Source of the DNA: a virus | Taxonomy: Duplodnaviria; Caudoviricetes | Virus record (IMG/VR): IMGVR_UViG_3300032092_002835 | Span: 1-29,181 of that record | Direction: 5' to 3' (one strand) | Length of the DNA: 29,181 nucleotides | In this document: positions 1-8,843 of the stretch, piece after piece | Position numbering within the stretch: position 1 is the stretch's first letter | Layout of the letters: every line of letters begins with the position of its first letter | Program-made: the position numbers and the translations under genes | Notes under the pieces: model-generated | What the model was told of the DNA's origin: nothing | What the model saw: the letters and a program-made list of their open reading frames with translations, nothing else | The model's database searches: none

Positions 1-1
1 C

Positions 2-763
2 AATGCTCAACATGTTGAGTGCAATCCATTTTGAGGCATATGGGTATTCATGGAATCCTTGTGCTACTACGTCATTGATCATGATGATCGTTTTGCCCTG
101 CAACATCCGGGGCATGGTATCAGCAGTCACACGACTACCGTTGACAACAAATGTGTCCTTGTTCAAGGCCACAATGGTTGAATCAATATGCACGCCAGCA
201 TAGAAGTTGCACAGTTCAATTTCCACATCAGGCAAGGTGTGGCACAACCAGTCATAGGCTGCTCTATTTCCGCTGGCTGATTCCAAAAACAACATTTGGT
301 CTGGGCCCAAGCGCAACACATTGGCAGCGTCTAGTATCATGCCTTTGTTGCGAGGCATAAAGTGATAGTGCTCAGCTTGATCCACAATGTCATGATAGCA
401 CTGTAGTTCCATGTCTCTGCAGGGATACATCATGGCAGGATCAATTATAGTTGATCCATGTACAATTAGTCTATCACGTGGGCAATAGTTGTACAAGCCA
501 TCGTGGACTTGAAAGTTCAGTGTATCCGGACGCACTACTTCTACACCATGTGCTGTGAGTGTGTCTGCCAGCGTTTGCAGATCCTGGTTGGCTTCGTCAA
601 TGATCCATTGCGGCACAGGACCTGCGGGCAGTGGAGTTTCTTTCCACAGGGTGTTTTTGGCTTCAGCACTGAACACAGGATCGTGCCTGGGCCAGTTGGC
701 ATGGCTTGCATCGCCAACAACAATTCTTCTTAGACGGTCCCATTCGTTGTAGGAATTGATCAT
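2..763 (-). CDS. Amidinotransferase (glycine/inosamine-phosphate amidinotransferase family), 3' end beyond the window
   Basis: Not in the ORF track because it has no stop in the window. Manual translation from ATG at 763: MINSYNEWDRLRRIVVGDASHANWP...GVEVVRPD...YNYCPRDRLIVHG...HIDSTIVAL...WIALNMLSI. The NSYNEWD, CPRD and HIDST motifs are typical of the family. ATGA overlap with the upstream gene. Confidence 0.85.
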   Translation of the reverse strand, partial: MINSYNEWDRLRRIVVGDASHANWPRHDPVFSAEAKNTLWKETPLPAGPVPQWIIDEANQDLQTLADTLTAHGVEVVRPDTLNFQVHDGLYNYCPRDRLIVHGSTIIDPAMMYPCRDMELQCYHDIVDQAEHYHFMPRNKGMILDAANVLRLGPDQMLFLESASGNRAAYDWLCHTLPDVEIELCNFYAGVHIDSTIVALNKDTFVVNGSRVTADTMPRMLQGKTIIMINDVVAQGFHEYPYASKWIALNMLSI

Positions 764-1278
764 ACGTGTCCTGTGATTTGCAGTGTGTATCTAGGGTCTA
801 GGCCAAGGTTGGCAGCCAGGTGCGCAGCATCGTAAGCCCACTCTACTACATCTCCAGCACGCCAGTTCACAGTTGGGTGGCCATTGCCTTCAAAATAGTG
901 ACCTGGTTTCCAATCTTCTAAAAACACAATAGCTCGGCGTATCTTGTGCTCTTGTCCTTGCAGCTTGAAAACGTCTATGTAACGCAGATACAAATCACTG
1001 TGTGTGGGCAAGATGGTGCCAGTACCCATTCTGTAATAGCTGGTACCAATATCTTTCCAGCCCATTTCCTGGAAAATCTTTATGAATTGATAATTCCAAC
1101 TGGGCTGTGGCCTGCGCATGTCACACATGTCTCCAGTGAACTTGTTGGCATATCCTAATTTGGTCCATCGTTCAAGGTTTGCAATGTCATTGAATTCTTC
1201 GTTGACATAGTCTAGACCTTTGAACTCATCATCCCAGAACACTGGGAGATGATATTTAAACAGGTCTTGTGTTGCCAT
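760..1278 (-). CDS. 2OG-Fe(II) oxygenase/cupin-like protein
   Basis: HxD motif (LPTHSDLY), distal His (AAHLAAN) and RYTLQITG C-terminal strand, consistent with a double-stranded beta-helix dioxygenase. Confidence 0.65.
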   Translation of the reverse strand: MATQDLFKYHLPVFWDDEFKGLDYVNEEFNDIANLERWTKLGYANKFTGDMCDMRRPQPSWNYQFIKIFQEMGWKDIGTSYYRMGTGTILPTHSDLYLRYIDVFKLQGQEHKIRRAIVFLEDWKPGHYFEGNGHPTVNWRAGDVVEWAYDAAHLAANLGLDPRYTLQITGHV

Positions 1279-2509
1279 AGTGTACTACCTTGACATCAGG
1301 AGTACTGGATAGTTTTCGCCAGGGATCAACAATAATGCTGCCTTTTGGAATTTCGCAATAGGGCAAGGTATCCAATTGATCACCAGTGTATTCATAGGTA
1401 ATCTTGCGATTGTGTGCCCACAAAAATACTGCAGGATGATCAACACTAGCCACTACATCAGCCGGGTCGTCGGCCAGTGGGTCAACATACTTGACTAGAA
1501 CTCCCAGCTCTTTCAAGTAGTGTCCAACCAGGGTGCTGTAGCTGCCAATGCAATAGGGTACATCAGGTTTGTAGGCCTTGCCGTGAATCACAATAGGCAA
1601 GAGACCAAAAGCCTTTCCATCCTGGAGTGCTGTGTCAAACAAGAACTGAGCTAGATTTTTTGCTTGTATTTCTCTAGCATGCATCACAGTATCGAACAAG
1701 TCGTAGCCAATGTCGTATTCTTTGGCCAACCAACGCAGAGCAATGTTGTCTCTTGGATGGCAAGCACCTGCGTCACCCATGCCTGCTGTCATGTACTTGG
1801 GCCCCATGATACGCATGGTGCTACGTGCAAGCGCATCGGTTACAACGTCAACATTGATGTGACCAATTTTTAGCGCAAAGTCCTGAATCATGTTGACCAA
1901 GCCAACCTTGGCTGAAATAAATGTGTTGTAGAAGATCTTGATGGCTTCGCACTCGTCCCAGGTGCCAATTTCGTAGCGTGGATTGTTTTGCATGATTGTT
2001 TTGTAAATATCAATCAGTTCGCCTGCTAGAGTATTAGGGTTACCGTCTTCAGTGCCAATCATGATCATTTCAGGATTGACCATGTCCCATTTCACACTGC
2101 CCATGGCAATCAAATACGGATTGTACAAGAACTGATGTTGTGAGTCCAGCAGCGAGTAAAATTTACGGCGTGTGGTTCCGGGCAACACAGTGCTGATCAG
2201 CACAATCTTCTTGGGACTGGTTGCATATCGGTTCACGTTGTGAATGGCATCAATCACTGCTTCGTGACCAAAGTCCTTGGGCTCCATATGACTGCTCGGA
2301 ACAGAACCATCATATCCTTCTGTGTGTGGAGTTGGTACTGCAATAAAAATCCATTCGCTTTGCTCAATGGTATCTTCAATGCTGCAAACTTTGACTGAGT
2401 CACTTGAGCGTGGGTAAATATCATAACCCCGCACTGTGTGTTTTTCTGCAAATACTTCTGCACAGTCCATGCCTAGTTTTCCTAGACCAATAAAACCAAT
2501 ATTTTTCAT
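1256..2509 (-). CDS. UDP-glucose/GDP-mannose dehydrogenase family protein
   Basis: Start reassigned to MKNIGFIGLGKLG (Rossmann GxGxxG). Motifs IFIAVPTP, STVLPGTT, KIFYNTF, catalytic-Cys region GDAGACHPRD and GKAYKPDV. Confidence 0.9.
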   Translation of the reverse strand: MKNIGFIGLGKLGMDCAEVFAEKHTVRGYDIYPRSSDSVKVCSIEDTIEQSEWIFIAVPTPHTEGYDGSVPSSHMEPKDFGHEAVIDAIHNVNRYATSPKKIVLISTVLPGTTRRKFYSLLDSQHQFLYNPYLIAMGSVKWDMVNPEMIMIGTEDGNPNTLAGELIDIYKTIMQNNPRYEIGTWDECEAIKIFYNTFISAKVGLVNMIQDFALKIGHINVDVVTDALARSTMRIMGPKYMTAGMGDAGACHPRDNIALRWLAKEYDIGYDLFDTVMHAREIQAKNLAQFLFDTALQDGKAFGLLPIVIHGKAYKPDVPYCIGSYSTLVGHYLKELGVLVKYVDPLADDPADVVASVDHPAVFLWAHNRKITYEYTGDQLDTLPYCEIPKGSIIVDPWRKLSSTPDVKVVHYGNTRPV

Positions 2510-2511
2510 AG

Positions 2512-3801
2512 ATGAGTATCCCTTTAGATAGATTATACGATCACTTGTACCACAAAAGCAACCACGATATAATAATTTATGGCTGGATTCCTCATGGTTC
2601 AAAAAAACTAGAAAACCTTAATAGGATGCTGCCGCTGTACCACAGTTGGATACATGATATGACAACACCAATAATGATCATGCACGACCAAGAACCGTTG
2701 CAATTTGATCTATGGTCCGACAATGATTTTTTAGCCTGGTGGGATCAAGAAATAATACGGAATAATTACAACCAACACAATCGAGATCCCGAAAAATTGA
2801 TGTATCAAATTAGCCTACATCTTCGTGGCGTAGCCAATCCTTCAACCAATCTTTATGATCATATGATTATTACCCATAGTGAACAAAACAGCAGCCAAGT
2901 TGCAGTGTATCAGGAACATGGATTTTTGCCAGTGTATTTTTGGAGTCATGCATTGATTGCTGCGGATTGGTTTAGATATGCAGCACACGATCCATGGATT
3001 ACCAATATTGATATCAATGCTATTGACAAAGATTTTTTAATTTACAATCGTGCATGGTCTGGCTCTCGAGAATATAGATTGACCTTTTTTGAATTAGTGG
3101 CAGCAGCCAAAATAGATATCCACTGTCTCACTAGTTTTTCTGCAATAGACAACGGAATAAATTATACCAATCATCAATTTAAAAATACATCGTTGTCCAT
3201 CAGCTCTACTAGATTACACGAAATTTTTGTACCAAATCAACATTTGAGCTCGGCCAGTGCCGACTATAATAATCTTGACTATAAACGTTCTGGAATAGAA
3301 GTGGTGTTAGAAACATTGTTTGATGATAGCCGTTGGCACCTGACAGAAAAAACATTGCGCCCCATTGCATGCGGTATGCCATTTATACTGACTTCTACCG
3401 CTGGCAGTTTACAATATCTTAGAAACTACGGATTTGAAACATTTGACGGTTTAATAAATGAAGAATATGACAGCATTGCTGATTCAAAACAAAGACTAAA
3501 AGCAATAGTCAACGAGATGGAACGAATTGCAGCACTACCTGAATTGGAAAAACGCCAACTCTGGAAAAATCTACGTGTGATTGCCAGCAGAAACAAGGAT
3601 AGATTTTTTAGTCAAGAATGGCAAACAAGTATTGAAGACGAATTTTATCGTAATCTTGATAGTGCAATAAATGTAATGGAACAAAATTGCACTGGAAAGT
3701 ATTGGGCAAAATCAAAAACCATGCCACTAAGTTCAAGTGCTGCGTCTCGGTCTACGGAAGAACTGCAAGCACTAGAACACTGGTTGGCAGCTCGAAATTA
3801 A
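2512..3801 (+). CDS. Hypothetical protein with glycosyltransferase (GT10-like) C-terminal motif
   Basis: 429-aa ORF. VVLETLF...LTEKTLRPIACGMPFI...LRNYGFETF resembles the E-x(n)-TEK-x(n)-P motif of GT10 fucosyltransferases. Visibly AT-richer than its flanks. Confidence 0.5.
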   Translation: MSIPLDRLYDHLYHKSNHDIIIYGWIPHGSKKLENLNRMLPLYHSWIHDMTTPIMIMHDQEPLQFDLWSDNDFLAWWDQEIIRNNYNQHNRDPEKLMYQISLHLRGVANPSTNLYDHMIITHSEQNSSQVAVYQEHGFLPVYFWSHALIAADWFRYAAHDPWITNIDINAIDKDFLIYNRAWSGSREYRLTFFELVAAAKIDIHCLTSFSAIDNGINYTNHQFKNTSLSISSTRLHEIFVPNQHLSSASADYNNLDYKRSGIEVVLETLFDDSRWHLTEKTLRPIACGMPFILTSTAGSLQYLRNYGFETFDGLINEEYDSIADSKQRLKAIVNEMERIAALPELEKRQLWKNLRVIASRNKDRFFSQEWQTSIEDEFYRNLDSAINVMEQNCTGKYWAKSKTMPLSSSAASRSTEELQALEHWLAARN

Positions 3802-4151
3802 ATCTTAACACGTAATCCGTCCCAGTCTTCAGCAGGCGGCGTTTGCTTGAATGCAATTACTCGTTGCAGCAGATCTGTGTAAAATGTGTCTAGCTCGCCA
3901 TTCCACTTGCCCATAAGGTAGTCAATTGCATGCTCACAATAGTTCCATTGCCGTTGTCGATAAAACTCCAGTAATTCCTTGTGTATCTTGGTGTTGTCTG
4001 CTGCGGTGGCAAATTCAGTTAAAGGAATTTTCTCAATTACCGCCCAGGCAGTGACTGGACTAGCACTGTCTTGTACGCGAAATGAGTCAAGTGGCAGTAT
4101 GGTAAAGCTGTTGGGAATGGACTCAATGGGGTCTCCAAAAATTATGTTCAT
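3798..4151 (-). CDS. Hypothetical protein resembling the C-terminal tail of class III adenylate cyclases
   Basis: LDSFRVQDSASPVTAWAV...FYRQRQW...FYTDLLQRVIAFKQTPPAEDWDG resembles the LDxxRVKGxxxPV...YRxxxW...PPxxWDG tail. AAGGA RBS upstream. Confidence 0.5.
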   Translation of the reverse strand: MNIIFGDPIESIPNSFTILPLDSFRVQDSASPVTAWAVIEKIPLTEFATAADNTKIHKELLEFYRQRQWNYCEHAIDYLMGKWNGELDTFYTDLLQRVIAFKQTPPAEDWDGLRVKI

Positions 4152-4175
4152 GTTGTTTCCTTTTAAATATGTATC

Positions 4176-4967
4176 ATGACATTTGCATTTGATTTAATTT
4201 CTGATTTACACATAGAAACCTGGGGTGGTCAATTTGACTGGACCAATCGAGCTACCAGTACTGTGTGTGTGGTTGCGGGCGATATTGCTCGAGACAGAGC
4301 TCTTGTGATCAAAGCACTCAAGCACCTGGGCCAGTGTTACCAAGCTGTTTTCTACATTGACGGCAACGATGAGCATACTGATTATCTTGAAGATCTAGGT
4401 GAAAGCTACAACGATTTAATAAAAAAGATCAATCGAATACCAAATGTGGTTTATCTTCAAGACAATGTGGTAGTGGTCGAAGGAGTTGCAATCTTGGGCA
4501 CAAACGGCTGGTGGGGATTCGATTTTGATCTTGGCATTGATATATCAGGATCTTCAGAATGGTATCAAGAAAAATTTAAACTTTCTGACTCAGCAGTTCG
4601 AAATGTTGCAAGGTTGGCCAACACTGACAGTGTGTACATGAGTAGCAGCATAAAACGCTTGCAAACTCACAAAGATGTTAAAAAGATTGTTGTGGTCACA
4701 CATACTGTGCCTGATCCTGCACTGGTTGATCACGACATTGGTCTAGAAGGCCACTTGCGCAAAAATACCATGGGCAACAGATACATGATGCAGGCACTGG
4801 CATTAGACACAGAACACAAGATTGACACATGGTGCTTTGGACATTTTCACGGATCAGTGGATCAAACTCGCAGTGGCATACGATTTGTCAACAACTGTCG
4901 TGGGCGGGCCGACACACAATATTCACAACACGTTTATCATCCCAAACGCATTGTGATTGAGTTTTAA
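4176..4967 (+). CDS. Calcineurin-like metallophosphoesterase
   Basis: Motifs SDLH, AGD, GNDEH, THTVP and FGHFH in canonical order. Confidence 0.85.
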   Translation: MTFAFDLISDLHIETWGGQFDWTNRATSTVCVVAGDIARDRALVIKALKHLGQCYQAVFYIDGNDEHTDYLEDLGESYNDLIKKINRIPNVVYLQDNVVVVEGVAILGTNGWWGFDFDLGIDISGSSEWYQEKFKLSDSAVRNVARLANTDSVYMSSSIKRLQTHKDVKKIVVVTHTVPDPALVDHDIGLEGHLRKNTMGNRYMMQALALDTEHKIDTWCFGHFHGSVDQTRSGIRFVNNCRGRADTQYSQHVYHPKRIVIEF

Positions 4968-5275
4968 ACTGTTGTTTCGGGTTCGAGCTTGATCAGCAGT
5001 GGATAACTCTGAGCACGGGCCAGCAACGTGACTTCAACACCTTTTTGTTCTGCGATTTCGTAGGGCAACACAGCAACACAAGCAGAACCTTCGTCGTGAA
5101 TGTCCACGGTGATTTGTGTGGCAGTTTCGGCGGTGTAATCAAAATAATCAATTAAACTTTCGATCACAAACTCCATGGTGGTGTGACTGTCATTGATATA
5201 AACCACGCGGTACATTGGGGGCTCTTTTGCAGCTTCTAGTGGTTTGATGCGTGTGCGGATTTCTGATTGAGGCAT
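4964..5275 (-). CDS. clpS: ATP-dependent Clp protease adaptor ClpS
   Basis: EPPMYRVVYINDSHTTMEFVIESL...DIHDEGSACVAVLPYEIAEQK...YPL. Start moved to MPQSE, which has an AAGGA RBS. Confidence 0.9.
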   Translation of the reverse strand: MPQSEIRTRIKPLEAAKEPPMYRVVYINDSHTTMEFVIESLIDYFDYTAETATQITVDIHDEGSACVAVLPYEIAEQKGVEVTLLARAQSYPLLIKLEPETTV

Positions 5276-5293
5276 TGTTACTTTCCTTGATAG

Positions 5294-5319
5294 CAGTGGC
5301 AGCGAAATTGCTGCCACTG
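5294..5319. terminator. Perfect 10-bp hairpin between hsp20 and clpS (terminator or 5' stabilising stem)
   Basis: CAGTGGCAGC-gaaatt-GCTGCCACTG. No strong U-tract, and it lies directly downstream of a minus-strand TAAATA box (5320-5325). Confidence 0.5.
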
Positions 5320-5335
5320 TATTTACACTATTATA

Positions 5336-5797
5336 TTAAGAAACGTGTGTGATAGCAATGGTCTTTGGCTTGGCGCTTTCAGGAACTTCACGTTTTAAAC
5401 GTATGCTCAAGATACCAAGTTCAAGATGTGCATTGCTGATTTCCACATGATCCGCCAGTTTAAATTCTCTGCGGAAATGTCTTTCGCTAATGCCTTTGTG
5501 TAGATATGTGTAGTTGGCATCATCTTCATCTGCCAGCTTTGTTACACTGTGCGTACCTTCCACTATCAAGAACTGTTTGTCCTTGGTCACTGAAAGGTTG
5601 TCATGCCCAAAGCCAGCCACAGCTAGGTTGATCATGTACTCATCTTCATTGATTTGTACAATGTCGTAAGGTGGATAGTTTGTGCTGGATTGTTGAGCTG
5701 TTACTCGCATGAGATCATCAAACATGTTATCGAAACCAATACCAAATTTGTGAATTGCGGGAATGTCGAAACTACGAAGGGTGAGAGTTTTTGTCAT
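5336..5797 (-). CDS. Small heat shock protein Hsp20 (IbpA-like)
   Basis: GIGFDNMFD, NYPPYDIV, LAVAGF, YLHKGISERHFRREFKLAD, GILSIRLKREVPE and C-terminal IAI motif. Confidence 0.95.
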   Translation of the reverse strand: MTKTLTLRSFDIPAIHKFGIGFDNMFDDLMRVTAQQSSTNYPPYDIVQINEDEYMINLAVAGFGHDNLSVTKDKQFLIVEGTHSVTKLADEDDANYTYLHKGISERHFRREFKLADHVEISNAHLELGILSIRLKREVPESAKPKTIAITHVS

Positions 5798-5857
5798 TTG
5801 TTTTCTCCTTTATTAAGCAAGATGACTTTGAAGTGTAGCCCCACTATGGGCACTACA
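5793..5857 (-). promoter_or_regulatory. ROSE-like RNA thermometer in the hsp20 5' UTR
   Basis: Minus strand: hairpin UGUAGUGCCCA-uag-UGGGGCUACA, then GUCAU-CUUGCUU-aaua-AAGGAG-aaaacaa-AUGAC. The UUGCU motif with a bulged G pairs with the SD, and GUCAU pairs with the AUG. Confidence 0.75.
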
Positions 5858-5885
5858 TTGTTATTTAGTATAACACAAAAACCAA

Positions 5886-6146
5886 TTATGTTTTGTTATT
5901 TAGATCAGATATCATGCGGTAATTTGTCCAGCTTGGATGTTCTGAGTCCAGTGCCCAGGTCAGCCCAAACAATGTGTAATACTCGTCCGAATCAAACGTT
6001 ACTCGCATCTTGTATTTGATTGTTTTTGCTTTGTAATTGACGTTGTACTTGTTTGCCCAGGTGGCTAGTCTACTAGAAACTGTGCCCAACGCATGTGCTG
6101 CCGTTAATCCGACAGCACCCTGTGGCAGAGTAAATTCAATATACAT
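5886..6146 (-). CDS. Hypothetical protein
   Basis: 86-aa ORF, TAATG-coupled to the clpX stop. Confidence 0.7.
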   Translation of the reverse strand: MYIEFTLPQGAVGLTAAHALGTVSSRLATWANKYNVNYKAKTIKYKMRVTFDSDEYYTLFGLTWALDSEHPSWTNYRMISDLNNKT

Positions 6147-7348
6147 TACTCATTGACTTGTTTCAATTCTGTTGGTGAGTTTACTTGATCTACACCAATG
6201 TCCACGCACTTGATGCCTTGGGTTTTGTAGCTGCTCAAATAAAACATATGTGGCAGCAACACTCGTTCCAGTTCTGAATGCAGACCTCTAGCACCTGTTT
6301 TGTTCTTGAGTGTGCGTTCTGCAATCAGTTCAAGACTTTCTTTGCTAAATTTAAGATCAACTTGATCTCGACCAAACAACCAGTTGTACTGACTGATGTA
6401 GCTGTGACGTATATCAGTAAGGATCATGATCAGGTCATCTTTGGACAGCTCTTTCAGTGCTACCCAGCTTTGAAAACGTCCCACAAACTCAGGGATCATG
6501 CCAAATCTCACAAGATCATCTGGAGTCACTTGATCAAGTCCTCCGGCATTCTTGTTGTTGACTTCGGCACCAAATCCAATGCTGGTGCCTTTCACACGAC
6601 TTTTGACCACGTTCTCCAGGCCAACAAATGCACCACCTGCAATAAACAAAATATTACGGGTGTCAATTTCCACAGTGTCACCCGACGGATGCTTGCGACC
6701 ACCCTGTGGAGTGATTCTACACTTGGTGCCTTCAACCAGTTTGAGCAGGGCCTGTTGCACCCCTTCTCCTGACACGTCACGGGTGATACTAGCACTCTCG
6801 CTTTTACGAGAAATTTTATCAATCTCGTCAATAAACACAATGCCTCGCTGGGTCTTTTCAACATCGTTGCCGCTGGCAGCAAACAATCGAGAGATCATGC
6901 TTTCCACGTCGTCGCCAACATATCCAGCTTCAGTAAGACTGGTGGCATCTGCAATCACAAATGGCACATCCAAATAACGAGCCACACTGCGAGCCAGCAG
7001 TGTTTTGCCAGATCCCGTGGGGCCAAGCATGAGTATGTTGGTTTTTTCAATTTCAATATCAGGATCAGTGTTTGAAATACGTTTGTAGTGATTTACTACT
7101 GCCACGCTCAGAACCTGTTTGGCACGGTCTTGTCCAATCACATATTGATCAAGATGTTGTTTGATCTTTTGAGGGTCTAGAGTTGCCTCTGCAACAACAT
7201 CAACTGTTACCTCGTCTTTGAGTAAATTTTCACACAGGTCCACACACTCATTGCAAATAGCAACATTCTCACCCACAATGAGCTTGGTTACTACGTCTTT
7301 GTGTTTGCCACAAAAACTGCATGAATCGATTGTTTCGTTATTTTTCAT
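6146..7348 (-). CDS. clpX: ATP-dependent Clp protease ATP-binding subunit ClpX
   Basis: C4 zinc finger (CSFC...CNEC), Walker [13 protein letters not shown] pore loop, Walker [27 protein letters not shown] loop, IGF loop and TGARGL. Confidence 0.97.
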   Translation of the reverse strand: MKNNETIDSCSFCGKHKDVVTKLIVGENVAICNECVDLCENLLKDEVTVDVVAEATLDPQKIKQHLDQYVIGQDRAKQVLSVAVVNHYKRISNTDPDIEIEKTNILMLGPTGSGKTLLARSVARYLDVPFVIADATSLTEAGYVGDDVESMISRLFAASGNDVEKTQRGIVFIDEIDKISRKSESASITRDVSGEGVQQALLKLVEGTKCRITPQGGRKHPSGDTVEIDTRNILFIAGGAFVGLENVVKSRVKGTSIGFGAEVNNKNAGGLDQVTPDDLVRFGMIPEFVGRFQSWVALKELSKDDLIMILTDIRHSYISQYNWLFGRDQVDLKFSKESLELIAERTLKNKTGARGLHSELERVLLPHMFYLSSYKTQGIKCVDIGVDQVNSPTELKQVNE

Positions 7349-8838
7349 TGCTTGGTTTGTTGTAATCTAACTGCCACTTGATCACGCTCACTGTCACTCA
7401 GTAGCTCTGCGTCATATTCGCCCACACTGATTTTTTCAATAAGATAATCAATGTAGGCTTCATCGTAAGTGTAACTGTCACTAAGCTGTTTGTCAATCTG
7501 TATCCAGTCAATACCATTGAACTTGTATACCTGATTGGGCAGTCGGTCAACACGAATAAATGTGTCACCTTTGTTTGCAGTAACAGGAAACGCTGCACCA
7601 AATCCTTGATTTACGCCTTGCGGCACCGTATCCTCTATCAGCTTCATCCAGGGTAATTCAGAAATTATCCCGCGGGCCAGACGATGTCTTTGTTCCTTGA
7701 TGGTTTCATTGGGGTTGGCCATTTTCCAGATCTTTATGGCTTCCTTTACTTTGGGATGATCATCTTCGTCTGATAGATCATCTTCGGAATCCAGTACAGG
7801 TTGTTCTCCTACACCGCCCGGCCATTTAACATATTCATCTTCTACTTTATGTACTATAGGTTTAAGATTTTTAAAATGCACAAAAGGCTGAGCAAGATAA
7901 GGGTGTTGTTCTGCTGTTGTTTTTTTGATCTGTTGCACTTGGTCAGTGGTCAACGGTCCGTCATCAGGATCATACTTGGGGTCAGGTTCAGTCTGATCCA
8001 ACGCTGCAATTTCTTCTGGGGTAAACGGTCGTGTGACCACATCAGGAGGCACAATGCCCATGGCTGCTCGATCCTCTCGAGCCTGCCGTTCCCACTTTAA
8101 ACTTTGTTGAGCAGCAAGGATCAGCACCAGTGCCAGAGGGTCAAACACTGCAACAATAATAATAATCACCCATGTCACTGCTTTTTCCAACAAATTGGCA
8201 TCTGGGTTGTCACCATAGATAAATGCCGCAATGTATTTTATTGGTCCAACCTCGGCTTCAACTTTACGGACCTCAGCGGCAATAGGCGCACGGGCATCAC
8301 CAAGTTCCGCAATAGACTTTTGCGACTGCGATATTTCAGCTTGAAGGCGAGCACGTTCTTTCTGCTGGGACCTACGCAGAGCCACTGCTTTGTCGGCACC
8401 TTTTTCATCTGCTGAGCGGCCCAATACTTGGTCCACTCCTTCATCCATCTGTTTAAGTGCCTTACGGTTTGCCTCAATATTCTCTTTTTCGGTTTTGATC
8501 TTTTCATCGTATATTGCAATCTTACTGGTAACATCGCCCGACACTAGACTTTGGTCGCTGTGTGCCTTGCTCAAGAAGCCAAAGATACCCATGCTGGTCA
8601 ACAGCATGAGGAATACCAGTGCCGGCACCAGATACAGTTTATAAGTTAGACTGGCACGATGCCAATTCAGCTTCAACCAAACTGCGGCTGTGACTTTGCC
8701 AATTTCCAAACTTGCACCCATGATAACAATGGGAATAATAGCCGCACTGAAAATTGCTGTGAGACCAACAATGCTGTAGTATGCTGCCACTGCACTGAGT
8801 ATCAGTGCAACAAAAAGGGTGAAGTATCCAAATATCAT
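7345..8838 (-). CDS. Membrane protein with coiled coil and acidic C-terminal region
   Basis: About 3 N-terminal hydrophobic segments, a heptad-rich region, a further TM segment ([23 protein letters not shown]) and a soluble C-terminus. ATGA overlap with clpX. Confidence 0.75.
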   Translation of the reverse strand: MIFGYFTLFVALILSAVAAYYSIVGLTAIFSAAIIPIVIMGASLEIGKVTAAVWLKLNWHRASLTYKLYLVPALVFLMLLTSMGIFGFLSKAHSDQSLVSGDVTSKIAIYDEKIKTEKENIEANRKALKQMDEGVDQVLGRSADEKGADKAVALRRSQQKERARLQAEISQSQKSIAELGDARAPIAAEVRKVEAEVGPIKYIAAFIYGDNPDANLLEKAVTWVIIIIVAVFDPLALVLILAAQQSLKWERQAREDRAAMGIVPPDVVTRPFTPEEIAALDQTEPDPKYDPDDGPLTTDQVQQIKKTTAEQHPYLAQPFVHFKNLKPIVHKVEDEYVKWPGGVGEQPVLDSEDDLSDEDDHPKVKEAIKIWKMANPNETIKEQRHRLARGIISELPWMKLIEDTVPQGVNQGFGAAFPVTANKGDTFIRVDRLPNQVYKFNGIDWIQIDKQLSDSYTYDEAYIDYLIEKISVGEYDAELLSDSERDQVAVRLQQTKQ

Positions 8839-8843
8839 AACAC

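Noticed and set aside
3-752. Short ORFs listed in the track (3-203, 151-360, 503-733, 541-723, 555-752)
   Set aside because: Shadow frames of the minus-strand amidinotransferase gene that runs off the window edge.
2510-2602. N-terminal extension of the dehydrogenase ORF (similar extensions in clpS, nrdB and the 9372, 10051 and 11589 ORFs)
   Set aside because: They overlap neighbouring genes or hairpins. Downstream ATGs match family N-termini and/or have an RBS.
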